Shown one piece after another: positions 39,732 through 53,229 of a DNA stretch of 64,000 bases. The notes beneath the pieces were generated by a model. The model saw only the letters and a list, made by a program, of their open reading frames with translations, was not told where the DNA came from and did not search any database. Position 1 is the stretch's first letter. The number at the start of each line of letters is the position of its first letter. The translations under genes and the position numbers were made by a program. The stretch is taken from contig MCFH01000043.1 in assembly GCA_002104945.1 (NCBI GenBank), forward strand, positions 62,001-126,000, in the 5' to 3' direction. This DNA comes from Piromyces finnis finn. Lineage: Eukaryota; Fungi; Neocallimastigomycota.

Positions 39732-40091
39732 ATGAATATTAATACTCAAGATTTTAACATGGATAACTTACATGAAATGTTTATGAACATTCATTTATCA
39801 GAAAATGGCGTCTCACCATTACAAATACCTTCAGCCTCTTCTCCTTTTGGTAATGTAAATTTCCCACAAAGTTCACCAAACAGTAATAATGGTAGTCCAA
39901 CAGATATTCTTATGTTACAACAACAACAAAATCAACAAATAGTTTATCAAGAAGCTGTTAATAGACCAGAAGATGTTCAAATGGGTGAAAACGGTTTAAC
40001 TGCATATGAAGAACAAATGCTTTTCCTCCAAATGCAAGACCAACTCTATCAACAAATTGAAGATGAAAGACTTAGACTACAACAAATGTGA
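39732..40091 (+). CDS. Hypothetical 119-aa Q/S/P-rich protein
   Basis: ATG-initiated ORF with GC above its flanks and coding-like composition. No family recognised. Confidence 0.6.
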   Translation: MNINTQDFNMDNLHEMFMNIHLSENGVSPLQIPSASSPFGNVNFPQSSPNSNNGSPTDILMLQQQQNQQIVYQEAVNRPEDVQMGENGLTAYEEQMLFLQMQDQLYQQIEDERLRLQQM

Positions 40092-40877
40092 AAGTTAAAA
40101 GAAGAAAAAAATCAAAATTCCTCATTAATAAAAAAGAGAAAAAATAAATATTCTGTTTTATTATGAATTTAGGATTAATAAGAAAGAATTTATATTTATA
40201 ATGATAAAAAAAACCCGTTTTTGTTATAATGAAAAAATCAAATCTTTTCCCATTTATTTTTGGTTTGATAATTAAAATACCCACTATCTTATTATTATAA
40301 TAACTAATAATAATAATCATTTCATAATTATTTTTTAAAATAAATAAATATAATAAATATATATATTTATTTTTTTTTATATTATTTTCCATATGTATTA
40401 TAGTTAAACTGAATAAATGACAATATTTTAATACTATCATTTATAATAAACAAATTATATATAAATAAGCTTGAATCATTTTAAATAAAAAAATGTGTTA
40501 TTATATTTGTTATTAATAAATTTTCTAATAACAAAAATTTTTTATTATATGCTATTTAGTGTTTAGTCTCTTTTTTAAAATTAATGTATTTAAAATACAG
40601 CTACAGATGTATACATTACTATATAAGCCTAGTTATTAAGAAAATTTTTTATTTATATCTTGTATTACCTTTATCACTTTTTTATAAGCATATTGCGTTT
40701 TAATTGGTAAAAATTTATTGGAGAAAATAAATAATTATTTTTTCTTTTCTATGAAAAAAATACTCCATAAACAAATTTTGTTTTTTTTTATTTGTATTCA
40801 ATAAAGATTTCTTAAGATATTTATTTCATATAGCCTATCCTTTCTTTTAATTTTTATTATTGAGGAAAAAAAAAACA

Positions 40878-40950
40878 CATACCAAACGGGACTCGAACCC
40901 GCAATCTTCAGATCCGAAGTCTGACGCCTTATCCATTAGGCCACTGGCAC
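40878..40950 (-). tRNA. tRNA-Arg(UCG)
   Basis: Cloverleaf with D arm GCCT-AATGGATA-AGGC, anticodon arm TCAGA-CTTCGGA-TCTGA and T loop TTCGAGT. A poly-T Pol III terminator follows. Confidence 0.9.
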
Positions 40951-42547
40951 GGGAAATTTAATATTAAATCTTTGCATCTGATTGGTAAATGCTTCTGTAC
41001 TACCTTCCATAAAAATTTTGTCTCCTACATAAGACATTTTGACTATAAAAGGAAATATTTTAATAAAACTAAATTAAAAATTTAAAATTTAAAAATATTC
41101 ACATTCACATTTTTAATAATTTAAATAATGTTAAATAATATAAATTATTAATTTTAATATATAAATTATTAATTAAATTAATTCTGTCAATTATAAAATT
41201 AAAATGATTAAAGAAAGGATAAATTATTTCATTAATTAAATTTTTATAATTATGGTATTTTAATTTTTAGTTGGTAAAATCTTAAGATAATGTTTGAATA
41301 ATAAGTTTTATTTATTTCAAGAAGTTTTAATTTTTAGTATTTTATTTTCCAAAAATGATATAATTAAAAACCAGCATTCTTTATTTTTATCTATTTAAAA
41401 AATTATTATATATTTATAAAAATATAGTAAAACCATTTCAATTATTATTATAATATTTAGTTAAAATATATTCAATTTTATTTCTTAGTAATCTGAAGAG
41501 GAATACAAAAAATGATTTATTTTTTAGGAATTTCAAATAAATAACTGACTAAAAATATAATGAATTAAAAAAAAAATAAAAAATACTCTTTAATAATTTT
41601 TAAAATTTTATTATTTAAAAAAAAAATAAATAATAAATAAAAGAATTTCAACTATTTTTTTCTTTTTTTAATAAAAAAACATTGAAAAAAAAAAAATTTA
41701 AAAGGAGACATAAAAATAAGTAATACAATTAAATTCCAAATAATAATAATACATATACATAAAATATATTAATTTAATAAAATAAAATTATCCTATAAGA
41801 TAATTTTCATTATTATTTTAATTTTTTTTTAACATGTCAGTTTTATATTATAGTATAATTAAGTTCTTTTTAAATAGTTTTAATTGAAATTATAAAATAA
41901 TAATTAATTAAAATTCATTTATATTGAAATTTCAATACATTAGAATATGTGTGAAAAATTTCAAAGTGTAGTTTAATTTAAAATATTTTCTTTTTGATAT
42001 TTATATCTAATATATGAATTTAAAGAAATGCTAGACTTTATATCACAAAATAAAGATTTAATCATAACAATATTTTTCATTGTCATTTTCATATATTTCT
42101 TCATAAAAGTATATTATCACCATAATGTTTATAAATTAAAAAAAAATGACAATTCAAATTATAATATAGATAAGATTGGTATTGAGTAAAATATCATAAT
42201 ATATAATTAATAATATAAAAAAAATTCTTTAAATTAACAATTATATAACTCTTTAAATTAATATATTAATATTTGTATAAAGTAATTATCCAATTAATAA
42301 ATTCCTTTTTTCTTTTATTAAAGAAAAAAGAATAAAATGTCAGTATTTAGTTCAAAGTCACATATTAAATGATATATATAAAATTCCTCAAAAAGAGTTC
42401 ATCTCAAATATAAATAATATTTTTCCATATGCAAAAAAAAAGCAACTTAAAAAAAAAAAGAATTATCATACTGATAAAAATGAGAAAATAGACGAAAATG
42501 ACTTTATAGATTATAGTTCAGAATCCTCCATTTCATATAATGAATCA

Positions 42548-45536
42548 ATGGAACATTTAGAATCATTAAAATATGCACATTCAAATTATCTTTACCACTC
42601 TTCAAGCAGTAAAAGGAAGAACAAAAAAAATAAAACAAACTCAAATGCACGGAAATACATTAAAGCTTTTCCAACAACGCCAAATTTAAAAAATAAAAAA
42701 TGGACAAAAAAAAATGAATATCAAAACGATAAAAATGACATTATTACAATAAAGATTTCAAAATCAAATAAATTTATAAAGAATTTGGCAAATTCTTTTA
42801 AAACAAAATTTTTTCTTTCTGATACTAATAGTAAAATCCAAAATCATAAAAAAAGAGATTATTTACTCCCAGATATTAAATTCTCGAAACAAAATAATCT
42901 TACCAATATTTTAAAAGAAGAAATTCTCAAAGAAATAAACTATTTTATTCAACAAAATTATACAAGACCAAATGAACAACTTAATAGTGCAATAAATATT
43001 TCTAAGGCAATAGAATTCTTTTTAGTAAAAAACGTCCCGTTTTCTATACTGGATATTAATTTTGCTAATAAAAGTTTTTTATTACTATTAGAACGAATTG
43101 GTAATGCTATATCTAATAAGTATTATTCAATCCAAATTGGAATGAAACAATTTGATTTATCCTTCTTTACCCTTTGTCTAAAATTAAAGAATAAAAAATT
43201 AGAAATAGAAAATAAAAGAATCATTAAAAACCGGTTAGATTTACTGGTAGCAATGGAATTAATTCAACATTTTAAAAAATATCCTTTCTTAAATAATGTT
43301 CAATGTTCTATTAAAGATCCAATCCTTACAATTGCTTCCCCCTATGCTAAATTGATAGCCAATTCTATTACAAAAGATATTCATAAGGAATTATCACGTC
43401 ATATTACCGCCAATAAAAATGCTATCCCATATAAAATATTAGAAATCTATCCGGACTTTGAAGAATTTTTGAATAAAAACTTTATTCATCGTTATTTGTA
43501 TTTATATCATCATTCCATAACTGTAGATCTTTCAAACAAACCAGAAAAAATATTAATCATGTATAAAGGAAAAATGGAAAATTGGACAGATATTAAAGAT
43601 AAAATTGTTTTTAAAGAAGATGGTGTTACATTAGAAGGTAAATACAGTCAGGAAGGTATTATTGATGAAGGGGTTTATAACTGGACAGAATTAAAACCAT
43701 TTATGCATCGTTCCTCTTCTAATGTCACTAAAAACTTAACTAGCTCCAATTCAAAAGACACTTTTAACCATGATAAAAAAGAAAATACACCCCTTTCAAT
43801 AAATGTTGATAATATTAATGTAAATAATATAAATTTACAATCAATTTCACCTCATTCTACCAAATGTAGTGACGAGGATGATGATAACACTCTCACCAAT
43901 GATTTTATTAATTTCGATGATAGTACTGAACTGAAAATGATCTATAAATCTCTTTACAATAACATTGATTATTACAGCTCTAAATACAAATTATTTTCAC
44001 GTATTTATAAGGAAGGAATCAATCAAGACATATACGAAGCTGCTGAAAAATTTATTTATTATGATATTCATTTTAATAATCAGAAAGATCCATATGAACA
44101 TACTTGGGGTTCTCATTACCTTTTTGAATATTGTTCTTGGATCACTTCTCGACCAAGATTCTCAGGTGATCATGCATGGATTCGTTTAAAAACACCAGGT
44201 AAAAGTTTATTAAGAAATAAAAAAAAAATTATTAACATAAATATCTTATTAATGCTTTTTTTTTTTTTTACTTTTCAAAATATTTATAAAAGATGGTAAT
44301 GTTTATTCAGTAGGTTTATATCGTGAAGAAAAAAGACATATATATGATCAATTTGTATTTCCGATGAGAATGAAATCATGTAAATATATGTCACCAGATG
44401 TTTCTGAATTTTGGAAGGGATATTATTCTACTATTTCTGTTGAAATTACTGTATATATAAATTTATTAATTACATATATTATATATAATGTTTAAGTATA
44501 TTTTTCTAAATTAAATGTATATTTTATAATGAAATAATAATGAATCATAATCATCTTAAATTTATAGAAAGAACAATTTGAAAAAATAAAAGCAAAGATT
44601 GAAGAATATCAAAGATTAGCAGAGTATCATCCATATCAACTTTTAAATGCAAATTGTGCTTCTTGGGCTTCTGACATAGCATCCATTGTTGATATTCATT
44701 TCCCAAATGATTTACCTTTAAGTAAAATTTTATTTAATAATGTTAAAGTACAAAATATTGGAAAAAAAGTAAGAATTAACCAATAAGATTATTACTATAA
44801 ACATTAAAAGAAATAACAAAAAAAAATATTTAATTATCAATAATTTAATATAATATTTTTTATTTATTTACATTTCCTTCTTTCTACAGATATTTGAAAC
44901 TAAATTGATGGCACCGCATTTCATTTTTTTTAACAAAGCATTGGCTTTTATTATAAATACTATTAATTTAATTTTTGGTGCTGGTATGATTGATAAAAAG
45001 GTTATTATGAAAAAAAACATATTATTATCAAATATAAGTTATATAAACATTTTCCATTTTATTTTATATATAATTCTCCATGTTAACGTTCCTTTTTTTT
45101 TAAATAGTTAAAAAATAAAGAGCAGTCAAAAATCGAGCCATTTATTAAAAATATTAAAGATATGTTTGATCCAAATAAAATAATTATCATACATCCTTTC
45201 ATTATTGGATACCACGTTCGAAATTATATTATTACATGGCGATTAGATCAGATTTTTAAATTAGAAAAAAAATTAAAAGAAATAGTTGAAAACTTGAAAG
45301 AAACAAAACATCAATATCTTCTACAAAGAAAAGAATCATTACATAAAGGAATATCATTGAAAGATTTTAATAATGATAATTCTACTAATGCTATAAAAAT
45401 TCGACACTATCAAGACGAAATTAAATCCATTTATCAAAAAATTGAAAATATTAGGTATTCTATTCCTAATAAATTTAGAAAGAAACATATTATTCCAGAG
45501 GGTGATCTTTATACTCAATATCCATTGAATGATTAA
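42548..45536 (+). CDS. Large multi-exon protein with a candidate permuted papain-like (His…Asn-Cys) domain; true start uncertain, since the frame is open upstream of 42548
   Basis: Exons ~42548-44198, 44293-44450, 44568-44768, 44890-45000 and ~45108-45536 join in frame. Motifs GDHAWIRLKTPDGNVYSVG and YQLLNANCASWA. Confidence 0.7.
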
Positions 45537-45910
45537 CATTCATAAATAAAATAGAATATATAAAAGTTAATTTTTATATATGTGAATCGACTAAATTTCT
45601 TTATTTTTATTATAATAGCTTTATTTTTATTTTAATGGGTTAGCTTTTAATATTATTAATAAATTCTATCTTGTTTTTTTTTAAAAAAAAAATATAAAAA
45701 AAGTTATTTAATAAAATAAATTAGAATTAGTAAATTAATGTTCAAATTAAGAGAGAAAAAATACGACTTTACTTTTTTATCTTTTAATTATATTTATTAA
45801 TTATAAAATAAAATAGGAAAATGAATTATTTATTAGAAAAAAAGATATATAATAAAACAAAAAAAAAAAAAAAGATAAAAATTTCTATTAACCAAAAAAA
45901 TTAACTTTTC

Positions 45911-48900
45911 TTATACAAATTTATCAATATCAAAATCATTATATTTGGGTGTATAAATGTACCAATTTCCTGGGGAAATAAAATTTCTAAGCCCATAAAA
46001 ATCTATTTTTACAGGATAATATGAAAATAGGCATAAAGGGATTGCAGATCGAGGATAAACAGATATTTTTCCATTACAGTATGAATAATGTCCATCTTTA
46101 CATAGCAATTTTTGACCTTCACAAAGAAAAGGGTTATTAACCGTAATTGATGCTACTGTAGGATTAGAAATAATATAAATATAATTATTTTCATATGATG
46201 TATAGATAGTATATCTACATCTATCCTCTGGTGGATAACAACACATAGAATAAAATAATGTATCACGATTATTCCAGTTTTTTGAGAATCCTCCACGACG
46301 CATAAAAATAACAAGTTTATCACTATATGATCTTTGAATAAGTTTTTCCACATTATTAAAATTACTAAGGGTATAATCAGTTGATATTGATTCTCCGGAT
46401 TTGTTATCTTTTAATTCTTCAATAAAATCTACTATATCATAAGTACTTTGTGGTATTTCATTTATTTCAAAAATTTCTGCCCATTCGCTGTCGATACGAG
46501 CCATTGGTGTAGTATGTAATAATTCCACTGGAATTGTTTTAGGAATATTAAAATTTCTTATTTTAGTTGGTTCATAAATTTCAAATGTCGTATTTGGAAA
46601 TAGAATCGAAAAGATTTTTAAAAATGGTTTAATTAGATTCTTTAAATTTTGACTAGACATATTACTGTATATATAATCAAAATTAGCATAAAATCCCCAA
46701 TATGGCAATGAATTGAGTTGTGAATAATAGTCCATCGTCAATGCTATTATTTTATTTAATCGAGATTGTTTAATTAAAATATCACTGCATCTAATATATC
46801 TAATATAATCATTATTGATTCTATTATTAAATTCACAAAGGCCTGAATAAACAAAAATTGTTATTAGAGGTTTAACATCTGAAATAGTGTAAGTTGTACC
46901 TGTTCCACTAGTACGACCAGATGCTGTAGTAAATTGATTGTAATTTAAAGGAAAGCTATTACATGTCTCTTTTAATGTACCGCTCATATCAACATCAATA
47001 TTGGATTCTGACGGGAACCACCATCTATTTAAATAATTATTTCCTTGCCAAATACTTCCAATAGGATAAACATTAAAAATATCACTAGCAATAAGAAATG
47101 CTTCATCATAAGCCCTCTTAGAACCATTATACCTATACCAAAAATTTATTAGTTTTTCAATGCTCATGAAAGCTTGAGACATTTTTGATGATGATAAAGG
47201 TATTAAACTTTTTAAAGATGGAAGGATATCAACACTTTCACCATCAATTAATGAATTTTTAATTATGTCGATATTAATACATGGATCGTATCCAATATCA
47301 AAATTAATCTTATTAATGTTTACATAGTGGGTGCTATTTATATCAATAAATACATATAATACTTTGTCACGAGAACCGTGTATATAAGTAAAATTTGATG
47401 GTGTTGTATATGCTCCAACAGTATCAGGTGCAAGTTGACAAGGTACTTTTCCTTGATATATTGTTGCTTTATGAAACATTGTACAAAATGGATATTGAAG
47501 ATGAGCAATTGTCCACCATCCAATATCATAATTATTCATTTCATTAAATTTAATTGGAACAATTGCTGCACTTTTTACCCAACTGGACTTTTCTCTTATT
47601 CTATAATCTAAACTTTCATCATTTAAATATATTCTAAGGAATGTTTCCACATCACAGAAATATGCTTTTATAGATTGAAGGGCTGAATATCTTCCATCAG
47701 GTTCAGTACATTCAGTAGGAAATAAAGTATATTCTTTAACATTTGGATTTGGATTTAATACCATGTAATCATTTTTATCAGGAATTATATGAGCATTTTC
47801 AACACAGAAATCAGATGGATCGTCAGCCATTGGAAAAAAGGTTTGTGCATATAAAAATAACTTTAATAAAACATTTGAATCACCGGCCTCTTTACCGTTT
47901 GGTAAATCATTATTTATTAATAAATTATAAATATAATCAGTAGATTTTAAATATTTTATAGTTATATCATCTATCTCAATATTGTGCGATTTTAGATTTT
48001 TGTTTATCATATCGAGATCTCTAATAAATTCATGTGCTGAGTTATAATAATTATTAAATAAGCTTCTACAATTATTGTTTAATTTATACAAAATATCATA
48101 TTCATTTAAATCCGAACTTGAATCATAATAATCATTATAATAACTATTTTTATTATAATGCTTATTTATTGTACATACAATATTATTAAATAAGTATAGT
48201 CGCATGTGTTTTATATAATAAAATTTAGAAGAATAAGAAAGAGAATCTTTACTTATAGGATCGAAATGATAACTTACACTTATATATTCATTTTTGTATC
48301 TCTTTTTATCGTATGTATTCTCAAGTTGTATGACACCAGGTATTGGTTCTGTTGTATCATTCACAGCTAAAAACGTTTTCCTGCTCCTATTGGAATGTTA
48401 GATATATATCTATTGCCATTTTTAAAATTTACAGTTTTAAAAAAATTACTTATATATTCTTTTTTTATTTCGGACATATTTCCATTATATCGGGACTTTT
48501 CTTCATTATCAATACATCTCTTTAATATATTATATATATGATCAGTAATAATCTCAATGTTACTCTTTTTTGTTCTATTTTGATTATTTGTATCATTACA
48601 ATCATTATTGTTATTTTGGTTTTTAACTTCATTTCTTGAAATATTATCTGTAAAAGTACTTTTAGTTTGATTATTGGATTTCTCATTTTCCTTTATTTCA
48701 CCATTATTAAGGATCTTATTATATAAAATCTCAGTTTGTGTATTTTTATTAACAAAAACTTTCTCATCTAAAAATTCTGTTTGAGTACTTTTATCCTGTA
48801 ACGTTTTGTTATTTAAATTAGAAGAATCAGAACATTCTATATTTAAATTATTTGTTGAACTCTTTTTTTTAGACATATGATTTTTCTTTTTATTTTTTTT

Positions 48901-49055
48901 GTAGACTTTTTATGTTTATTATTTTTATCACTGGAATCTTGATTTTTATTATTATTTCCTTTTTTCTTATTAGTTTTATTTTTACTTCTATCTAAAGAAG
49001 TATTACTTGTATTACTTGTAATAATTGAATCATTATCTATAAATATAGATGACAT
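45911..49055 (-). pseudogene. Intronless gene of about 1,048 aa split into three ORFs by two 1-nt frameshifts in A-runs; contains a P-loop
   Basis: The ORFs 48843-49055, 48367-48876 and 45911-48364 fuse if one A is added at the A8 run (~48895) and one at GGAAAAC (~48378). This yields YISNIPIGAGKTFLAV. The 817-aa ORF has no ATG of its own (GTG start). It may be intact in vivo if the deletions are assembly errors. Confidence 0.75.
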
Positions 49056-49877
49056 CTTGATTTTTATTCAAACACAAATAATTATCAATTAATAATATAT
49101 TTTATTCTTTTTTTTTTTTTTCTCTTACAATAAAAAATAAAAAAATTCTAAACTATAGGATTTATAAAACATATTTCAAAAAGGGAAAAATGGGGGATTG
49201 GGTAAAATAAACAATAAAGTTTACCATATAATTTTATACAGAATAAAGATTATCATGATTAAATGTATCCAACTCATAATTAAATATTTAACAAAATTCT
49301 GTAACTTTATCATATTATTTTCTTTTCATATATATATATATATTTAAAATTCTAGTAGTCGTATTAATGTATTAATTATATTAATCCTATAATTAAATAA
49401 ATTGAGAAAACAGTAATCTATTTATATAATCTTTTTCTTCAAATTATTATTCTAATTGATTAGTTTATTACTATATTTTTTTTTATTATAGTATACATTT
49501 TCATCATAAATTAACTTTAATAAATATGATGAAAAAATATCATTTATTATACATATACATATTTAATAAATTACATGATATTAATGAAATGTTTTGTTTT
49601 TTCATAATTTTTTAATAATAATAATAATATATATATATTTTTTATTTTATTTCAAAGTTGTTATTAAATAGTAGAGGAAAATATATATAAAAATCAAATG
49701 TTATGAAAAAATAAAAAAAAAAAATAATAATAACAATAACAATAATAATAGAATAGCTATATATATTTGAATACTTTTTTTTTTCTTTCTTTATTTAATA
49801 TTCACAATTATTGCTTTTCAGATATTTTTGTTTCTTATTTCAATACTTCAAAATTTTGAGAAAAAGAAATTCATATT

Positions 49878-50411
49878 CTAATGAAAAGAAAATTCATTTT
49901 CTCTATCTCTTAATAGTATTGCTAATTGACTTTTAAGTTGTTCTGGCTCAAATATATATTTATTTTGTAAAGTATGATTCTGTCTCTTTTTTATATTATT
50001 GCTTAATTTTAATGAGTTAGAAGGAAGTGATGATTTAAAAGATGGTGAGGCATCATTCTTAGTATTCAACTTTTTGATATTTTGAGAAATTCCTGATTCT
50101 GATTCAGTAGTTGATACCATCTGAAAAGAATAAGAATTATTATTGTCATATGATGTACTTTTTGAATTACTAACATGAATACTCTGAAATGTATACCAAG
50201 GAACATGTTGATAAATTGATAAAGATTGTGTTTGATGCATTAAAAAAGAATATGGTATTGTGTTATAATTTGGTTTATCTTCTTCAACATTTACTCTAGG
50301 ATTAACAAATGGTGGTAATTTTTGTGATAGACTTTTCTCCTTTTTAATATCTGAAATATATTCTTTTTTTTCTAATTCTAAGTAATTTTTATTATTTTCC
50401 TTATTCTTCAT
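49878..50411 (-). CDS. Hypothetical 177-aa protein
   Basis: ATG-initiated ORF with coding-like composition. No motif recognised. Confidence 0.45.
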   Translation of the reverse strand: MKNKENNKNYLELEKKEYISDIKKEKSLSQKLPPFVNPRVNVEEDKPNYNTIPYSFLMHQTQSLSIYQHVPWYTFQSIHVSNSKSTSYDNNNSYSFQMVSTTESESGISQNIKKLNTKNDASPSFKSSLPSNSLKLSNNIKKRQNHTLQNKYIFEPEQLKSQLAILLRDRENEFSFH

Positions 50412-51063
50412 TCTTTTTTGTAATTTACTTATTTTTCTTCATAAGATATAATATTATTTTTTATGACATTTAATTAGTATTATAATATCGCTATATCTTA
50501 TCAAAAATAAAATAAACAAAAACGAAGTAAAAAATAAAAATATCTTATTCTTTTCCTATTGTTAAATATTAATATTTCCTATCACACCTTTATTCTTCGT
50601 TATTCTAACTTTTTAACTTTTGTTTGGCACACTATAATAATACAAAAAAAAAAAAAAAAATTATATTTTAACACAACAATATAAAAAGCTTATTTTAATA
50701 TCAGTGCTATTTATAGTATTGTTATAAATTATATATAATATTAATTATTAAATATAACCTTTATTTTTTATACTTTTAAATTCTTGTTAAAATAAAAATT
50801 ATTAATAATTATTACTATTATAATTAATTATATAATAATAATTATATTAGCTGTAAATGAAAAAAAAAAAAAAAAAGTGGATAATAGATAATATATGTGA
50901 TAAGTTAATATTTTATCATATAATATATACAATTAATATTAATGTTTTGTTTTTTGTTGTTGTTTCTTTTAAAAAAATATAATTGATATTATTTTAAGCT
51001 GTTATTTTTTGCCTAATTATTTATTTAAGTGATATCTTTATGGTATTAAAAGTATTAATGAAC

Positions 51064-52351
51064 TTATTGGAATTTAACATTTGAGAACTAATATACATTT
51101 TTAAAAATAATAGTTATTAAAATAAAAAATAAATTAATATTAATATTTTTTAACTACATTATTATAATTTCTAGAAATTAATGACTTACATCCATTTCTG
51201 GGTGTTGAGCTTGGAATCTAATAAATGAATTATAATTATATATACATATTAATAATCATATATTAAAAATGATAGTTTTTTTAAAAACATAAAAAACATT
51301 TATTTTACTTTCTGAGAGCTTCTTGTTTCTTTAATTCATCACTAGTTGGAAGTCCAGCAGCCTTTTGTCTTTGATCGAACTATTAATTTTAATTTAAATT
51401 TTTTGAAATTTTTAAAATTTTTATAAAAATAAATATTTTTTTAATTTTTAAAAACAAGATATTTAAATGGAAATGTATACATATAATCATATTATCAATT
51501 ATAATTATGTACCATCATCTTTTCAACCATAGATCTGGTTTCACCATCTAGATCACTTAACTTTGAATTTTCTGGTTGAATCTTGGTAGTATCAATAGCT
51601 GGATGATGAGTAAGAACATTTTTCCACCATTCCATTTTATTGAATTTTTCTAAGTGAATGTGTAATTCATCATTATCTATAATATAATTATACATAGTTA
51701 TATAATATATATATATAATATTAATAATAAAATTAAAATAGCAATTTAAATTGGAATTGTTAAAATCTATTTAATTAATTATTATTTTATTTATATAATT
51801 TTAATAATATAAATTATTACCAATGAGCCAAACACTGTCATCAACTTGGATAAGAGCACATAATTCACCCTACATAATATTTTTATAAATATATGAAATT
51901 AGTATTACAGCTTTTTTTTATTATTACACTATATTTCTTGTTTTGTATATAGTGTATATTAATAATAGTATTTATATTTATAATTACATCCATAATTGGC
52001 TCTTGACCCTTAAAACCAGCCTTTAAATGCTTCTTTTCAATCTTAATATCAAGTTGTCTAGCACGAGTACCTTTTGGAATTGGAACAGTAATATCAACAT
52101 CTTGAAGAGTTTGTTTCCATTCATATGGTAAAGCTTTTATCAATATTATATATAAAATATTTTATATAAATTTATTTTAAAAAAATTAATAGATTAAAGA
52201 ATTATTTTCTTTTAGTTAAAAAAAAATAATAATGATATAAAGAATATTAATAATCACCAGCTTGTTCAGCTTCTTCTCTTTTACGTTGTTCTTTATCGTA
52301 AGCGTCTCTTTCAGCTTCAGTCATTTTATCATAATCTTTTGGAGTAGTCAT
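51064..52351 (-). CDS. nudC: Nuclear movement protein NudC (CS/p23-like domain), multi-exon
   Basis: Spliced motifs [94 protein letters not shown]. Confidence 0.93.
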
Positions 52352-53229
52352 TTTTAATTAACAGATTTTAGTTATATTACTAAAAAAAATAAAAATTTAA
52401 AATTACATCTATTTTTTTAATTTAATTAATAATTCTTAATAAAAACCATTTGAATTTTAACCAATATAAATTTATTTATTTGTTTATTTATTTGTCTATT
52501 CATTTATTTACTTTTTATATTTAATTTATATATTTATATATTATTTGTTTATTAATATATCATTTTTCTATTATATTCTTTTTCAACAATATTTTAATTT
52601 AATCTAACAAATTACTTTCTTGACTTTAATCCTTAGATAATTACTTTACATTCTTTTAAAAAAAGTGTTTATTATTATTAATTGAAATAATTACTTTATT
52701 TATTATTAAAATGGGTTTATTTTTATTTATAAAACACAAACAAAGATATATCTTTAATAAACGCTACTTTTGATAATAAAATTAATATAAGTATTTGATG
52801 GAGAAATTGTGGCTTTAAGCATTAACTAAAATTTATTGTAAAATGTATGTATGTATTTATTTATTTATTTATTTATTTATATATATATATATATTTATTT
52901 ATTTATTTATTTGTTTATTTATTTATTATAATTAAGCATTTATAATTAAATGAATATTTCATAAATATTAGTAAAAAAATTTAAACTATGATATAATAAC
53001 AAAAAGTAATTATAAAAAATAAAAAATTAAATTGAGAACGATTATTTTAATTTCTCTCGATGTTCTTTTTTAATTATTAAAATCATCCATATTTTATCTA
53101 TTATTTATAACATTGTCTTAAACAAAAAAAAAAAAAGTATATCAAATAATAATTTATTATAATTATTTATTATTATTTATTCAATTTTTTTTCCTCTTTC
53201 AACCATAAAAAAACCTTTAATATAATATT

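Noticed and set aside
40072-40440. 122-aa minus-strand ORF
   Set aside because: AT-driven composition and no motif.
48370-48390. Programmed -1 ribosomal frameshift joining the P-loop gene ORFs
   Set aside because: The zero-frame context A-GGA-AAA is not an X-XXY-YYZ slippery heptamer, and a shift inside Walker A is unlikely. A 1-nt deletion (real or assembly) is simpler.
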